A stretch of DNA of 63,862 bases, filler included, from Sluysia triapertura (lineage: Eukaryota), in assembly GCA_046118255.1 (NCBI GenBank). It is 4 parts of 4 records of this genome, joined end to end, with 100 filler letters (N's around TTAATTAATTAA, not from the genome) between each part and the next. Parts side by side here need not be neighbours in the genome. Positions count along the whole stretch, not along the records: positions 1 to 17,529 come from JBJNIA010187833.1; positions 17,630 to 37,932 come from JBJNIA010026616.1; 2 more parts are not named here. One strand, given 5' to 3'. The position numbers and the translations under genes were made by a program. The notes below the pieces were generated by a model. The model made no database searches. It was given only the letters and a program-made list of their open reading frames with translations, and was not told the origin of the DNA. This document shows positions 13,302 to 26,544 of the stretch, piece by piece (the stretch's first letter is position 1; the number at the start of each line of letters is the position of its first letter).

Positions 13302-13474
13302 ACGGGTGCCAAGATTTGGATTGTGTCACCCCTGATTGTGATTTGTTTTTGGAGAGTAATTTACGTTATTATAAAGAATAATTTGTATTTTGTTTTGAGA
13401 GAGTACTTTGTATTTTCGTTGTTATAAATAGTAATTTGTATCATTTAGTTGTGATTTTGTGATAATTAAAAGAA

Positions 13475-14019
13475 TATATCGAGATTCTGAATTTGTTTAG
13501 TGATAATTCCCATAAACAACATCTCGACCAAGTTTTAAAACTGCTGGCAGATCACAATCTAATCATCAAATCAAAGAAATGCCAATTCTTTCAATCTAAA
13601 ATTGCATTTCTTGGCCACGAGATCTCTTCTGACGGCATCGAACCATTACCAAGCCGTACAGAAGCAATAAGGAATTTCCCGCAACCAGAAACAGTCACGC
13701 AAATGCGGAGTTTCCTTGGCCTAGTAAATTACTGCCGCAGATTCCTACCAAAACTGTCCGAGATCTTAGCACCACTAACTGCCTTATCATCCGGAAAAAA
13801 GACGCGAATAATAAATTGGAATGGAACTTCGTTAGCTGCATTTCAAGAAATCAAAGAACACATTACCAAAATGCAGAGTCTAGCGTTTCCATTACCAAAC
13901 AAAAAAAATTCATTTTAACAACCGATGCGTCAAACATAGCAGTTGGTGCAGTTTTAACCCAATATCACAACGAAGTGCTGCAACCAATCGAATTTTACTT
14001 GCATAAAATCGACTCTTAG
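13475..14019 (+). mobile_element. Ty3/Gypsy LTR retrotransposon pol fragment (RT C-terminal half + RNase H start), frameshifted
   Basis: KCQFFQSKIAFLGHEIS, MRSFLGLVNYCRRF, then after a frameshift in an A-run FILTTDASNIAVGAVLTQ...PIEFY. A degenerate YIDDILIFS-like stretch (YIEILNLFS) lies at the start. Confidence 0.93.
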
Positions 14020-17000
14020 AAGTAAGCATGTCTTGTTGACATGCACAATAATTAAGTCGAATTCCCGACTTTCCAGCAATTATCCAAACACTAAATAAAG
14101 AACCACATTTTTCTATCATTCATATAACTTTTGATGTAAGAAGGCTGATTTAATACAGTAGTGGCAAACACTGATTGAATCTTACAATTCTTTAAAAATC
14201 GGACTAAATTTTATTATTTGTGGTGAGTTTTTATTGTTTATTTATTGTATTCTTTTTTATTTATTGTTTTCTATTAACACTACAGCAACAATTATAATTT
14301 TAACTTTCGGGTTAGCCTGTGATATACGATTTGTATCTCAAAGAAGACGTATTTACACGATGTTAAATGTCAAGAAAATCCTTCGTCAAGCGGCTTTAAT
14401 TACTTTTTTTTGCACAAGTCTTAAATTTTTAATCTGAGTGTTTTCTATTCTAATCGTTTATATAAATTCTCAAGAATTATTAATATTTTTCAATTACGAT
14501 TTGCTCTGTTGTTAATTATTATTTTAATATGAAACAAATAGAATTCACAAAACTAAGTTATTTAAACTAAACGAAAACATTTAACAAAATGTATATAATA
14601 TAAATGATAAATAATTAACAGGATTTCTCTGTGTTTGAAACAATAATTATTTTAAACAAGATTTTAATCCAGGCGAATGCTCGGATGGATTATTTAATAT
14701 TTTAAGTTGATTTTGAAGCTATCAGAATTGAAGCTTAATAAACCTATAAACAACTAGCTTACTTATTCATATTCATGGAATATATATAAAAATATTTTCT
14801 TTCGAATAGTTCTTGTTCAATTAATACCAAAGAGATTTCTTGTTCACCTCATGTTAATTTTTTTTTCAGAAAAATGTTCCATCGATTCAACTTTGACCAA
14901 TATTATATCAAATAAAAACAATTAATCGATTATTCCAAATCATTTGAATTCCAAGTGAATTAATAAATCCTCGTCGTAATAAAATCATCAAGAATTTTTA
15001 AACAGTTTATTTTGAGTCTTTCGTTTCATTTATTGCCGATAAATTAATAAAATTATTCATTTGAAAGAAAATATTTTATTGAAAGATAAAATGTTTTTAA
15101 TAAAAGAAAATATTTTATAGATAAAAAATTCTAAAATCGGTATTCTTTTATAATTAATTATTTCATTATTCGAATATTTTATAAATGATTATTTATTCAT
15201 AATATAATTAATTAAAAATATATCAAAATTATTAAATTAAATACATTAAAACTATTTCATTAAATCATTTTTCCATTTACATTAAAAATTGGTTATTTAC
15301 AGTACTAACATTTATTTGTGTAGTGTAACCCCTGAGATTGAATATTATAATTGAATTTTATTTTATTAATTTTTATTGTGATGTATTTTTAATATACTGA
15401 GATTGAGACTTATTCAATAGTCTTTTAAAATTTAAAGAATATTAAAAAAAATAAAAACACAACATAAAGTTGTATCTACAATAACTTTAATAAATCACGT
15501 GTTTTGTTTTCTTATCCATTATTAGCAAATCGTTATGTTACTTTTTATGATTCACTTTGTATCTATAAGCAAAAGTAAAACTTTACATGCTCGTCATGAT
15601 CATATTTATAAAGTAGTAAAATTTATATAGTTAAAATTTGGTGAGAAGTTAATTAAACAAGAGAATTTTGACTATTTAACTAATTTATCACGATTGTGTA
15701 ATCTATATCATATAGGTGTTTAGAAATAACATTAAATTGTTAGAGCACATTTTGTTATGCATTATTGTCCTATTATAGAACGTTAATCACAACTCGAATC
15801 GAGCTTTGTTGACATAAATAAATAATTAAACTTTAATGTAAATGACAGACATAAACAAAGAGTACTTTGCTACGACAGAGCGACACAAAAATATTTACAT
15901 ATGAGTTTGTTCCAGAGAAATGGTGAAGAGTGGTAAGAGTAGAAGAAAAATGTCGTAAAGTACCAGATCAACCTGAGTCAGTATTGTTATCAAAGGTATT
16001 TACACCATAACTTTTAAGATTTGTTTCTATCTACTATCAATTTTTTCCTTGTATATAACTATTTTTATTCTTTGTTTAGAGTAACTCTGCTCTTTAAAAT
16101 AAAGTTTGTTTTTCACTCCAAACTGTGGACTAGGAGATAAGTGAGAAACATATAGAACTATAAAATGAAATAAAAATTGATACGAAGTGGCAAATTGTTG
16201 GAGTAAGAATCACGAAAATAAAAGCAATTACGATAATGTTAAGGTCTGAAGAATACCTTGGGTTTCCAAAGACTTTTATAAGGTGTTGAGACCTTGAGAA
16301 AGCCTGAGATGAGTTTGGAAAAATTTCGGATGTATTAAGATACCCAAGAACATCTGAATCTTGAGATCTTTTAAGACCTTACTGACCTTTCAGTAATTTC
16401 GAAACCTTGATTAGCATTTAGGATCTTTGACTAACCTTTTAAAGTACTTGAAATCTTTAAAATATTAGTGAAATAAAATCATTTTTACTAATATTAAAAA
16501 TAAATTTGATACAGTAGTAATGGAGAAAGGAATCATAGTGGTGAGGGTGAAAACATATAGATAAACCCATGCGTGCCTTATGAAGTATTAAACTATATTA
16601 AACAATAAAACATAAAATAAAAAGATTAATTAACTTTTTTAAATTAATTAATTGTTATTATTATTATTATCTTTGTTTTATCAAAAATACCTAAATGATT
16701 TAACTCTTTAGTTTATTTTTGAATATAGTTAATTAAAGCCTTAAATCATTACGAGTTTTTGCATTTCCATCTCTTCCCTCATGAAGGAGTTTAAAACTCA
16801 TCTCTATCATACATAAAGACTAATTATAATCAATTAGACTGATAAGATTTACATAAAGAAAAGATTATTTTAAAGCTAATATATTAACGCAAATATATTC
16901 CAACTAATATTTAAAGTAATAAATTTTTATTACAGTTTTGTAAGTTAGTTTATATTAAATAGAAACTTTATTAGTATGTATTGCAAAAATATAATATAAT

Positions 17001-17529
17001 ATTTTCCATATTGCGAATAACGTAAATAATATATAATTATTGTATAATAAAATTCGTGTTATAATTTGAAACAAATACAATGAAACAAATATTAGAGCTG
17101 TGCTAGTATGTGATTAAATTCACTTACTGGATGATTATTATTGTAACATTAAAGTAATTCTCGTACATTGAAATTATCTTCAGATTCATTGTCAAATAAT
17201 CATATCAATGTACGAAAGAATACTCAAACACGTAACAATAAAATAAAATTATTCACTAAATATTAGCTTCTTATTTGACACTTGAAAAGTCGAATACAAT
17301 TAAGAGACTAATCAAACAATATAAAACCTAATCTGATAATTAAGTATAAAGCTTATCAAAATTGATAACCATATTATCACTTAAATTACCAGATGAGATT
17401 ATGGTCAGTTTGATTTATTATAATAATTATATTGTTATTTGAAATGTTTTTCTTTCACGACTTACTTTACAATAATAATAGGTTGCTTAATCAAGCATAT
17501 ATCCATAAATGTAATGGATTTTTTTTTCT

Positions 17530-17629
17530 NNNNNNNNNNNNNNNNNNNNNNNNNNNNNNNNNNNNNNNNNNNNTTAATTAATTAANNNNNNNNNNNNNNN
17601 NNNNNNNNNNNNNNNNNNNNNNNNNNNNN
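17530..17629. other. Artificial contig spacer (44 N + TTAATTAATTAA + 44 N)
   Basis: Identical 100-bp structure at three sites. The 12-mer gives stops in all six frames. Confidence 0.97.
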
Positions 17630-19931
17630 TTACAGAGGTGCCAACTACTAGTTATAAGACGCTTACACTAAAATATAGTTTAGTAAATAATGCAGCAATA
17701 AAAAGAGTTTTTTTGAAAAAAAATTGAACGTTAAGGGGTTAAAATGGATCTAAAAAAGGAAATTAATTTTACACTTAATATATCCTAGGTTTTAAAACAA
17801 ATTAAAGCTATATAAATTAAATTCTGCCAAAAAAATGTCAACTAAATTAGTAAATGGATACACATAAAATTCAACATATATTAATATAAAATGTAATTCT
17901 TACAAAGTAATGTTCACAATAATAATTAATTTATACAAAATAAAAATATTTTACCAAATGATAATTATCTATTATAATTTGAATTCAAAGTTATAGAAAT
18001 TTACAAAATTATCAACTTAAAGTTATTAATTAGAACTTTTACTAATTTATGAAAACACGATTTTAACAACAATCGTTTTAAAGGATTGACCGATATTTTA
18101 ATTAGAATTTTCGTGGATTTTACTACTTGTAAAACCTTAAATGTAAATTAACTAAAATGATTATTAAGAATTCAGTAAAAATGAAATCAGTAAAATGATT
18201 ATGAAGAATTTCTAACAGGATTCCTTTCCAATAAACCACAATTAGTTGCCTAAAATAATTGACCAAAAATATATATCACCAAAAGAAATTAGATTCACCA
18301 ACAATTAACTCATCAAAGTTAAAAAAATTTTTAAAATGATTGCAGAAAACTTCTATTGAAAAAATAGTATTTTGTAAGCATATTTACATTTTAACTAATA
18401 GTTTAGATTGGTAGGAATTATTATTTTCAATTATTTTCATTTTCATTTGGTAAATTATAATTGGAATATGATAACTAATACGAAAATTATAAATGAAATA
18501 GTAACTAATATACAAAATTGGTAACTAGTACATAAATTAATAATATAATTTGATGATTAAACAATTATAGAAATAGAAATAATAAAAATTGTAATACAAT
18601 GATAAAATTATAATACAAAAAATATAATTATTAATTAAAAATTACCATTCCGTAAATAATGACATGTAACGTGTTATTAATTGACATGTTAACATAATTT
18701 TATTATCAACTTCAAGGTTATAAATCTCTAGGTATTAAAAATTAATACCAGGAGTGACTTAAATAAATCATTAGACGTTGACGTCAGTATTAACAGCTAC
18801 TAAAAACAATAAATAGAAAAGAAAATTATTAACCATTTTGTAGAACCCCTAATATTTATTTTGAGTCGTCCGCTGAAGAATAGGCCTCAATCTCATTGAG
18901 GCAGTGTCCTTAAAGCTAAGAAAGTCTTTAATTTCTACTTTTTTTCCATGTTTTTGTGTTCCGTTTTTTCTACAAAAATATCACCGATTATATAACAGTT
19001 TCCAAATCAAGACGGATAATAAACTATTCATTCTTTTTAATCGGTCCTAAGCCGACTAATTTTAATGATTAAATTCCAATAGTAATTTTGGCCTTTACCA
19101 AATTTTATTATCTTTTGTAATTATGCAAAGGTAGTAGGATTTGTGATAAACAATCTCCTTATCTTTTCAGCATAATTAAATTAAAATTTAATATCATTAT
19201 TATATAGCTATTTGTGAGAATATTAACTGGATTTTTGTGTTTCTACTAAATTTTGATTTTATTATTTATTTTCATTTTAAATTTTGTATAAATTTTGTAT
19301 ATTATTATATTTGAATTTCACATTAATTATTACATTAACATTTTTAATTGAATTAAATTTATTAAATTTTTAGATTAAATAAAAATAAATTAATTAATAA
19401 AATAAATCAAAGTATAAATATTTTTATATAGAGTTTAAAAAGTTTGTTTAATTGAATTAAATTTTTGTTTATACCAATCAAATGAAATTAAGAGAAGGAA
19501 AACAAATATGGCTGCTTTGAATTCAGTATATAGTGCTGAATTTTTAGCAGTTATATGAACAATTAATTATTGATCACCGACCAAATCCAAAATCCATTCC
19601 ATGAAAGTAAGAATATTTGTATTAAATTTTTCAATTCTCACCGTAACTGGGAAAATTTAAAATATACTCAAAATAACATTTTATTTTACGCTTAGACCAT
19701 AATATGGCTAATTCAAATTAATTTTAAAATATCTCCCATTAAAATTTTATTTTAAGTGGTAAATTGAATATTTATATTGTAAGACATATTAAAGACGTAT
19801 TTAAATCTGTGTAAATAATGTTTTATTTATTTTATTTTTAACTATATTATTTTATTTATTTTTGACTTTATTATTTTATTTTGACTATATTATTTGAATA
19901 CATAAATAGTATACTAAAATAAATTTAAATA

Positions 19932-20302
19932 GGGGCATTAGGAAAAAACTAACTTTTTTTTAAAAATTGGAAACACGAACTTCTAAATGCTTTGCAATCA
20001 ATGGCTCCAAACCGCTCAAGCTCAAACTGTATAAGGCAGATTGCTAAAATTTAAGATTGAAATTTAGAGATGCGAATGCCATGAATCATTTTTGGAGAGC
20101 TGCGAATGCATTTTCAGAAGCAGAATTTGACCAGATAATGTCAAATTTAAGGACAATTAATGAAAAATTTTACAGTTACTTTGTCAAAGAAAAGTTAGTA
20201 TTGTCCAATTTTGAAGAAAAAGTTTATGTGTTTTCCAAATTTTTAAAAACAGTTTGTGTTTTCCAATTGCGACCAACAAAGTTCGTATTTTCCAATTTTC
20301 CC
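19932..20302 (+). mobile_element. Internally deleted MULE/MuDR DNA transposon with a 9-bp TSD
   Basis: ATTTAAATA duplicated at 19923-19931 and 20303-20311. GGG...CCC ends with inverted TTGGAAAACAC.AACT subrepeats. Peptide CIRQIAK..KLKFRDANAMNHFWRAANAFSEAEFDQIMSNL resembles MULE transposase after the CxxH motif. Confidence 0.8.
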
Positions 20303-21031
20303 ATTTAAATATCAGCTTAGAAAATTATCAGTTTAAAAACAAATTAAAAACAATTTAGTAAAAATAAACAACTTTTTATTGGCTAATTTGTTTTATTGTT
20401 TCACCGAAAAAAATATTTTAATGGAATGCAAAGTGGCGATGGAAAATATAGTATAAATAGACAAGGAGTTAATCTAAAAAACCGAGTTTCGCACAATTCA
20501 ATTTGTGTTAGATCAAAGAAGACAAATTTCCAGTCGTGCATGATAGAAGTAATTTGCTTTTTCATAAGTTAACTTTACCATGTAAGGAAGGTTTAAAATA
20601 TAGATAAAATCGTTTTAATTTGTGCAAGACCTAATAAGGTTTGCCTAATTTGATTAATAAAATAGTTTAGAATCACTAAGATAATATTACTTATGTGATT
20701 ACTATAAAATTATTATTGATACTATATTAACAGTTGTTTAGTAAAGTTTTATATTTTGTAGGTAGATAAATAAACCTTTTGAATTATTATTTTGTTGATT
20801 GTTTCATCAGTTCTACTAGACTTAATAAGGCTAGTTCAAAGGTTAAAATCTATAAAATATTTTATTGTGCACGCTAGACCACAGCCGGCTAGCTTAATTG
20901 ATTTATAAAACTAGACCATAATCTGTTAGTTTAATTTAATTTAACATAAGTTTTGTTAGAGTAGACGTAGTGCAACGTATTAATTGTTAAGTTCATTTAA
21001 CATTCTTTTAAGTATATTAAAAACATAATAG

Positions 21032-21550
21032 ATCGCCTTCGGTCAGATATAAGTCGTCTCTATTAGGAGAACTCCACTCCAGAGTTTTAATGTAAAACCG
21101 CAGCATTATTATAATATATTGTGAGTAATTTTCAAATTTTCTTTTCAATTTGTATAATATACTTTAGGATATTATTATTTCAAAGAAATTAAAATTATCG
21201 TTTCCTTGCTAGACCATAATGAGACTAGCTTAACTTTTAAAATATAACATTATTTGCTGGTTTAACCTATAAAATACATATTTAATTGGTTAGACCGTAA
21301 AAAGCTAACTTAAAATATTACTTTAAATTGAATATATTTGTAATTAATATATCAAAAACGTTAATTTGAAGATAGTTGCACTACTTGACCGATTTTGAAA
21401 GTTTCTAAATTGAATATAATTAAAGATTACGTGACAGATTACTACTTGACTTTAAGTTTAATTATTACGAGACCAGTTTTAAAATCCTAATATATCGCCT
21501 TCATGCAGATTTAGGTCGTATCTATTAGGCGAAATCACCTCCAGAATTTT
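21032..21550 (+). repeat. Two diverged 57-bp direct repeats (21032-21088 and 21494-21550)
   Basis: ATCGCCTTCGGTCAGATATAAGTCGTCTCTATTAGGAGAACTCCACTCCAGAGTTTT versus ATCGCCTTCATGCAGATTTAGGTCGTATCTATTAGGCGAAATCACCTCCAGAATTTT. Confidence 0.8.
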
Positions 21551-21685
21551 CGCATTTTGCAAGTTAAGTTCCTTTTCAGATAAACCATTGCATAATCTAT
21601 CAATAACGCTAATTATTAACTTAAATTAAGGATAAAATCAATGAGATAGTAAATTTATTTTTCATATAAATCTTTTGTATAATGT

Positions 21686-21908
21686 GTTGTCAACCGTACG
21701 TCGCCCGTCAAGTTCAGTAACAGATTTGAATTGGTACATTTATGGGTATTAATTTAATATATACTTTACTTAAACTTAAACATTGTAACATATTTAACTT
21801 TAATTTTAAATTATAAAACGATGTGCTTCGTAACACTTTATCATTAAAAATACTAATAAAACTCATTGTTATACACATATCTAATATTATTTTATCATTA
21901 GCAAACAT
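21686..21908 (-). repeat. Copy of the small-ORF repeat with an open 64-aa frame (MFANDK...IQICY)
   Basis: ORF 21714..21908 is homologous to 12453-12716, including the downstream ACTTGACG.GCGACGT.CGGTTGAC. Confidence 0.7.
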
Positions 21909-22757
21909 TTTTATTGATTTATCAAATTAAACAAATTTTAATTAAATTAAATTTTAAATTAAATTAATTAAATTAACAAATACACTTTAATACATTAACA
22001 TATAAAACACTGTAAAGAGTTATTTCTTCGTATTTTTCATTATTTTGCCTTGACTCAAATATTTTATTGTTACAATTCATTATAATACTTTATCTTAATT
22101 CCTCAATGATGTTTATTTTATTTTATTATCATGAGTCATAACCCTTATGTTTCTTCTTATCATTCGTAAATCCCAACAACAGTAATAGTAATAATTCAGT
22201 ATAATAATTTATAGTTCATAATAATAATAAAATATTAATAATAATAATAAAAATAAAAATATTAATAATAAATAAGGCTAACGGTCTTAATTAATCATTA
22301 ATTAAAAGTACGTGCATTAAAGATAAAGACCTTTTCAGGTAAAGTTACTAAATAGAAAAGCACTATAAATAGTGCCATAAAAATTACAATCAACATTAAT
22401 TAACTCCAGATTACAATAATTATTTTTTCAAAAAGTACTTACTATTTGTTATCAATTTCGCTCAAAGACAATAACGTTATTATTATTTGGCAACTATTTT
22501 TCAGAAGCAAAATTGTGCTATTCAAACAAAAAATTTATTGCAAACACTAACTTTTTATTTATAAGTTTGGTATCCTTAAATATTCTTAAATAATTTATTA
22601 AATAATTTTCTCCGACCACTTTAAATAGGTTGTTAAAATCTTTTTCAAAATCAGCGGATTTCAGTTAAATTTAATTGAAAATTTATTATTTATTTGGATA
22701 TATAAAACGTATCATCCAAAATTTAATCATCAGCGCTCCTGTTAGACTTCACTAAAT

Positions 22758-22901
22758 TGACTGAAGCGATACGAACCCGGGCCCTCTTACTTCACAGTTG
22801 TGCGGTTCGATGTTCTGACCTCTAAGCTATCAGCCTCGTCTACAATTTTACTTTATTATAATCATTATACTATCATTCATCTAAATGGCACTTTAGGCCT
22901 G
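22758..22901 (-). repeat. Second tRNA-like copy with a conserved upstream flank
   Basis: The reverse complement CAGGCCTAAAGTGCCAT...TATAATAAAAGTAAAATTGTAGACGAGGCTGATAGCTTAGAGGTCAGAACATCG...CTGTGAA...GAGGGCCCGGGTTCGTATCGCTTCAGTC aligns to 11361-11489. Confidence 0.7.
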
Positions 22902-25185
22902 TACCTCAACATTCACTTCAAAAACCAATTTAAATAGTTTTTAAAATAATAAAATTATTTAAAAAGAATAGCAATATAAATTGCTTAGCTTTAATGTTGT
23001 AAAATGCGTCGCAATATTTACTTTTAGAGATTATTTTAAATAAACCCTTAAAATCCATTTTTAAAGTCCTACATACTTGAATCTTATCGTAGCTTTATAT
23101 TTCCTTGTAAATTAAATTTTATTTAATTATTTAAAAATATATTTATGAATTGTAATGTGATAATAACACCACATCTTGTTATTAAATATTATTCATAATT
23201 TCTTTAAATTCCTAAAGTAAAAAAGCATAATAGTGTCGCAGCTTGAATAAGAGCATGACTTTGTATAGAAAATTATTGAAATTCACAAATTTTTTAAATT
23301 ATATTGTTTAATTAAATCAATATTAGAAATGCTTATATTAATATCAATATTATTTGTGGAATTAAGTAACTGCGAAGGTAATTTATTCATTTTAACTTTT
23401 CATAACTTTACGTAAATTATTGTAAATATGAATTATCAGTTTAGTGTACAAATAAAATCACATAACCTATTATGATTGCTAATAAGTAAAAATATTTTAG
23501 AAAATGTAAAACTGCAGAATTTATTTTTTGACATGTATATGATAATACTTATTTCATCTCTTCTGGGTTATTATAGGTTAATTGTGATATTATTTAAGCA
23601 GTACTGAATCTCAAAATGATTGAGCAAAGTAATTTAAGCATTTTAATTTCATTGTTTACTTTAGTGGACATTTAAAACTAAAGTTTTACATCATGAAAAA
23701 TTCAGTATAAGTAGATGTTTATCTATAAAATAAAACTCTGATAACGCTTTGTATAAGAGTTGAAAAATATCTTTAGGAGTAATAGTAAGCAAAGTTCACC
23801 ATGATAGATGTGACACGTGATTGATTAATCAGGTATTATGATTCTGTAATAGTATTTTAATGTATGTGCAATAGTGGTGACGAATATAAAGTAGTCGTAA
23901 AGGGAAAAATGTTAATCGATATTGTAATATGAATAAAACTTGAAACTACGATTTTACAATATAGACTGAATTTACTAAACATTGTTAAACTTTGGAATAT
24001 TATAATATATAATATTCAATATATAATATGTGCATTAATGGCTCAAGTCATTTTACTTATAGCTGAAGAAAATGTTTAACGATCAATAATACAAACATTG
24101 TACTTAGCAATAAATGATGTTTAGTAAGTCTACCAAGATCATAAAACACCACTTCCACACAGATTATACTACATTTCTACATGGCATGATCATGTAAAAA
24201 AAGAATAAAGATGAGTAATCTTAAAAGTAATACATGCTGGCAACATTTTGCCTGATATAGTAGGTTATACATACAATATTTCCCAAAGTCACTTCCTAAT
24301 GATGATTTTGTAATCGTTAAATAATTGTATTAAATATGTAATGTAAACTCTAACTTTACTGCCACTTTTATTATAAAGTAATTTTATGACTCCGTTCTAT
24401 CGTATTATGAATTAGATTTACTTTAGACTTGATAAAGTGAAAGTCTAAAATTCATTGCCAAATCAATTAATTAAGATTGAAAACTTTATGAACAGACTTA
24501 AGATCTAGAATTAATAAAATTATACAATCATCAAAAACGTTCTTAAATTCGACATTAAAAATTGAATTAAATGGGAAATCAATTGTCCTGGAACGTTAAT
24601 CATGAAAGTTTATTATAATCAAAAATAAAAATGCTTGATAAATCGTATAAATAATTATTGTGATTATAATTTAGTTAAATTAAAAATTGGGACTCAGGAA
24701 GGAATAATATGTTTGTAAATGAATTATTTTAAAAGCAGAAAAGAAGAAGCTTTTAGTGTTACTTTTGCTAAAACTTGTTTTTATTTAACAAGTTTTAAAG
24801 CAGATGTGTCAGAAAGTGAAATTATTACTTTTCGTACCGTTTTATCACAAAAGCGTCAAATTATGTTCATGATTCCATTAGAAGACCAATTTCAAAACGT
24901 GAAGACAGAATGGTTAAAAAAGCAGATAAAGAAAATCAAATGACAAAACTTTAATGATCAATGATGTTGAAGAACAAGTGAAAAAGTTTTAGTAAAAAAC
25001 ATTTAGTAATAGAAGAAATTCGTATGTTAAAAGCATATAAGCAATTAATAACATCAATTAATTGTTAGATCAAACATTCGCACATGATATTCTAAGAATA
25101 TGTATGTGGCAGAGAATTTTTCACTTATTTGCGGAATAATATAAAAATCCGAAAATGAAATAACTGCAGCATTAGCGTACATGCA

Positions 25186-25591
25186 TACAACATTGTAATT
25201 CCGGGCCTATTTTTCAGTCACGACACATACTTTGCGTTTGGTCGTTTCGGTTTTAAAGCGTACAGTATGTAGAAAAAAATGAAAATAATAATGTACATCA
25301 ACATAATTTATTAAAACAATCAATAATACTTAAACAAATATACACAGATTGATTAGTTATATTGTCTTTTTTCTCACTTTTAATTCTGCAAACTCGTCAA
25401 TTAATTTGTCATAATTAATAGAGTTATTTATCAATCAACGATTCGACATAATTTGGATACGTTTCAGCAATAATTATGAACATCACGTTTTTCTGTTAAA
25501 TAAAAATTAATTATAAAAATTTAAAATTTAAAAACCTAATTTTCGGGCCCTAGGCCCGTGTCTAGGTTGCCTAGGCCTTAGTCCGCTCCTG
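25186..25591 (-). mobile_element. Non-autonomous hAT element retaining the transposase C-terminus
   Basis: Minus strand SINYDKLIDEFAELKVRKKTI* is a hAT C-terminal signature. End CCTTAGTCCGCTCCTG. Homologous to 27223-27557. Confidence 0.75.
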
Positions 25592-25689
25592 GACCTAATC
25601 CTAAAGTAAGACCTGGTTCATATCCGATTAGAATACCTAATAAAAGTCAATGAATGGCTTGAGACGGCATCCGATGCATTATTTAGCAT

Positions 25690-25930
25690 ATACTTCTGTA
25701 TTTAAAGCACACTTAGCTTTACATTACAATACATTCTGAGATACTTTCACTGGACTCACTGATTGTGATTCACTTTCAGACATTCATCCAAGTAAGACTT
25801 TATTAGCAATTATGAAAGCATTTCTCCTTTGTCGCACAATATCCATAAGAATGACTTAAAATAACGAAATTTAGTTAATTGGAATCCAGTGTGACTTGCA
25901 AGGCATTCCAGAGGACGAAGATATGGTCAT
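25690..25930 (+). mobile_element. Possible highly decayed retroelement RNase H fragment
   Basis: A DSL-like motif followed by a W.P...GIPEDE stretch resembling WIPSHxGIxGNE, with multiple frameshifts. Confidence 0.25.
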
Positions 25931-26379
25931 TTTGAATGATTTATAGTTAGTGGTGCTTAAACATAAAACATGTTTTTGTATATTTATAAATTTCATAATT
26001 CTCTACTTTGAAACTTTGTTATTCAGTAGATGAAATGAGAACACTTCCAAAAAATAATCCCTAATGTGTCACATTTTGGAGTGAAAATTAATATAAGCCC
26101 TGTCTTATTTTCTGGGACATACGTTAAAAGTACAAGCGGATATAAATATAGTTGTAGTGTATAATAAATAACAAATAAATAAAATGGATAAAAATATGAT
26201 TATAATTATATTATAGAATAAAACTGATTAAGAAGAAATTATGATAGCACAGAATTGAGAAAATATGTAGCTGCAGTGTAATGTCAGTAAAAAATACTAT
26301 ATAATTATAATATGTCGTATTAGAATAATTATTTTCTTTGAGACCTATATAAAAAAGTTAATTAACAACAAAATCCAAC

Positions 26380-26544
26380 CGAATAGCTAGTGACATTGCT
26401 TCAGCTGCAGCGGTACCTTCGTCAAGCAAACTTGCATTTGCTATTTTCATGCCTGTTAAATCTGTAATCATAGTTTGAAAGTTGAGTAAGCTTTCCAGAC
26501 GACCTTGTGAAAGTTCTGGTTGATATGGTGTATACGATGTGATC
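26380..26544 (-). CDS. GLDC: Glycine dehydrogenase (decarboxylating), exon 4
   Basis: (W)[54 protein letters not shown](R). AG/GT boundaries, 165 nt, phase-compatible with exon 3. Confidence 0.97.

Noticed and set aside
17574-17585. TTAATTAATTAA as a biological motif (piggyBac site or homeodomain site)
   Set aside because: It is centred identically in three N spacers and is an artificial linker.
18884-18902. Perfect hairpin GCCTCAAT-CTC-ATTGAGGC
   Set aside because: Single short instance with no supporting element boundaries.
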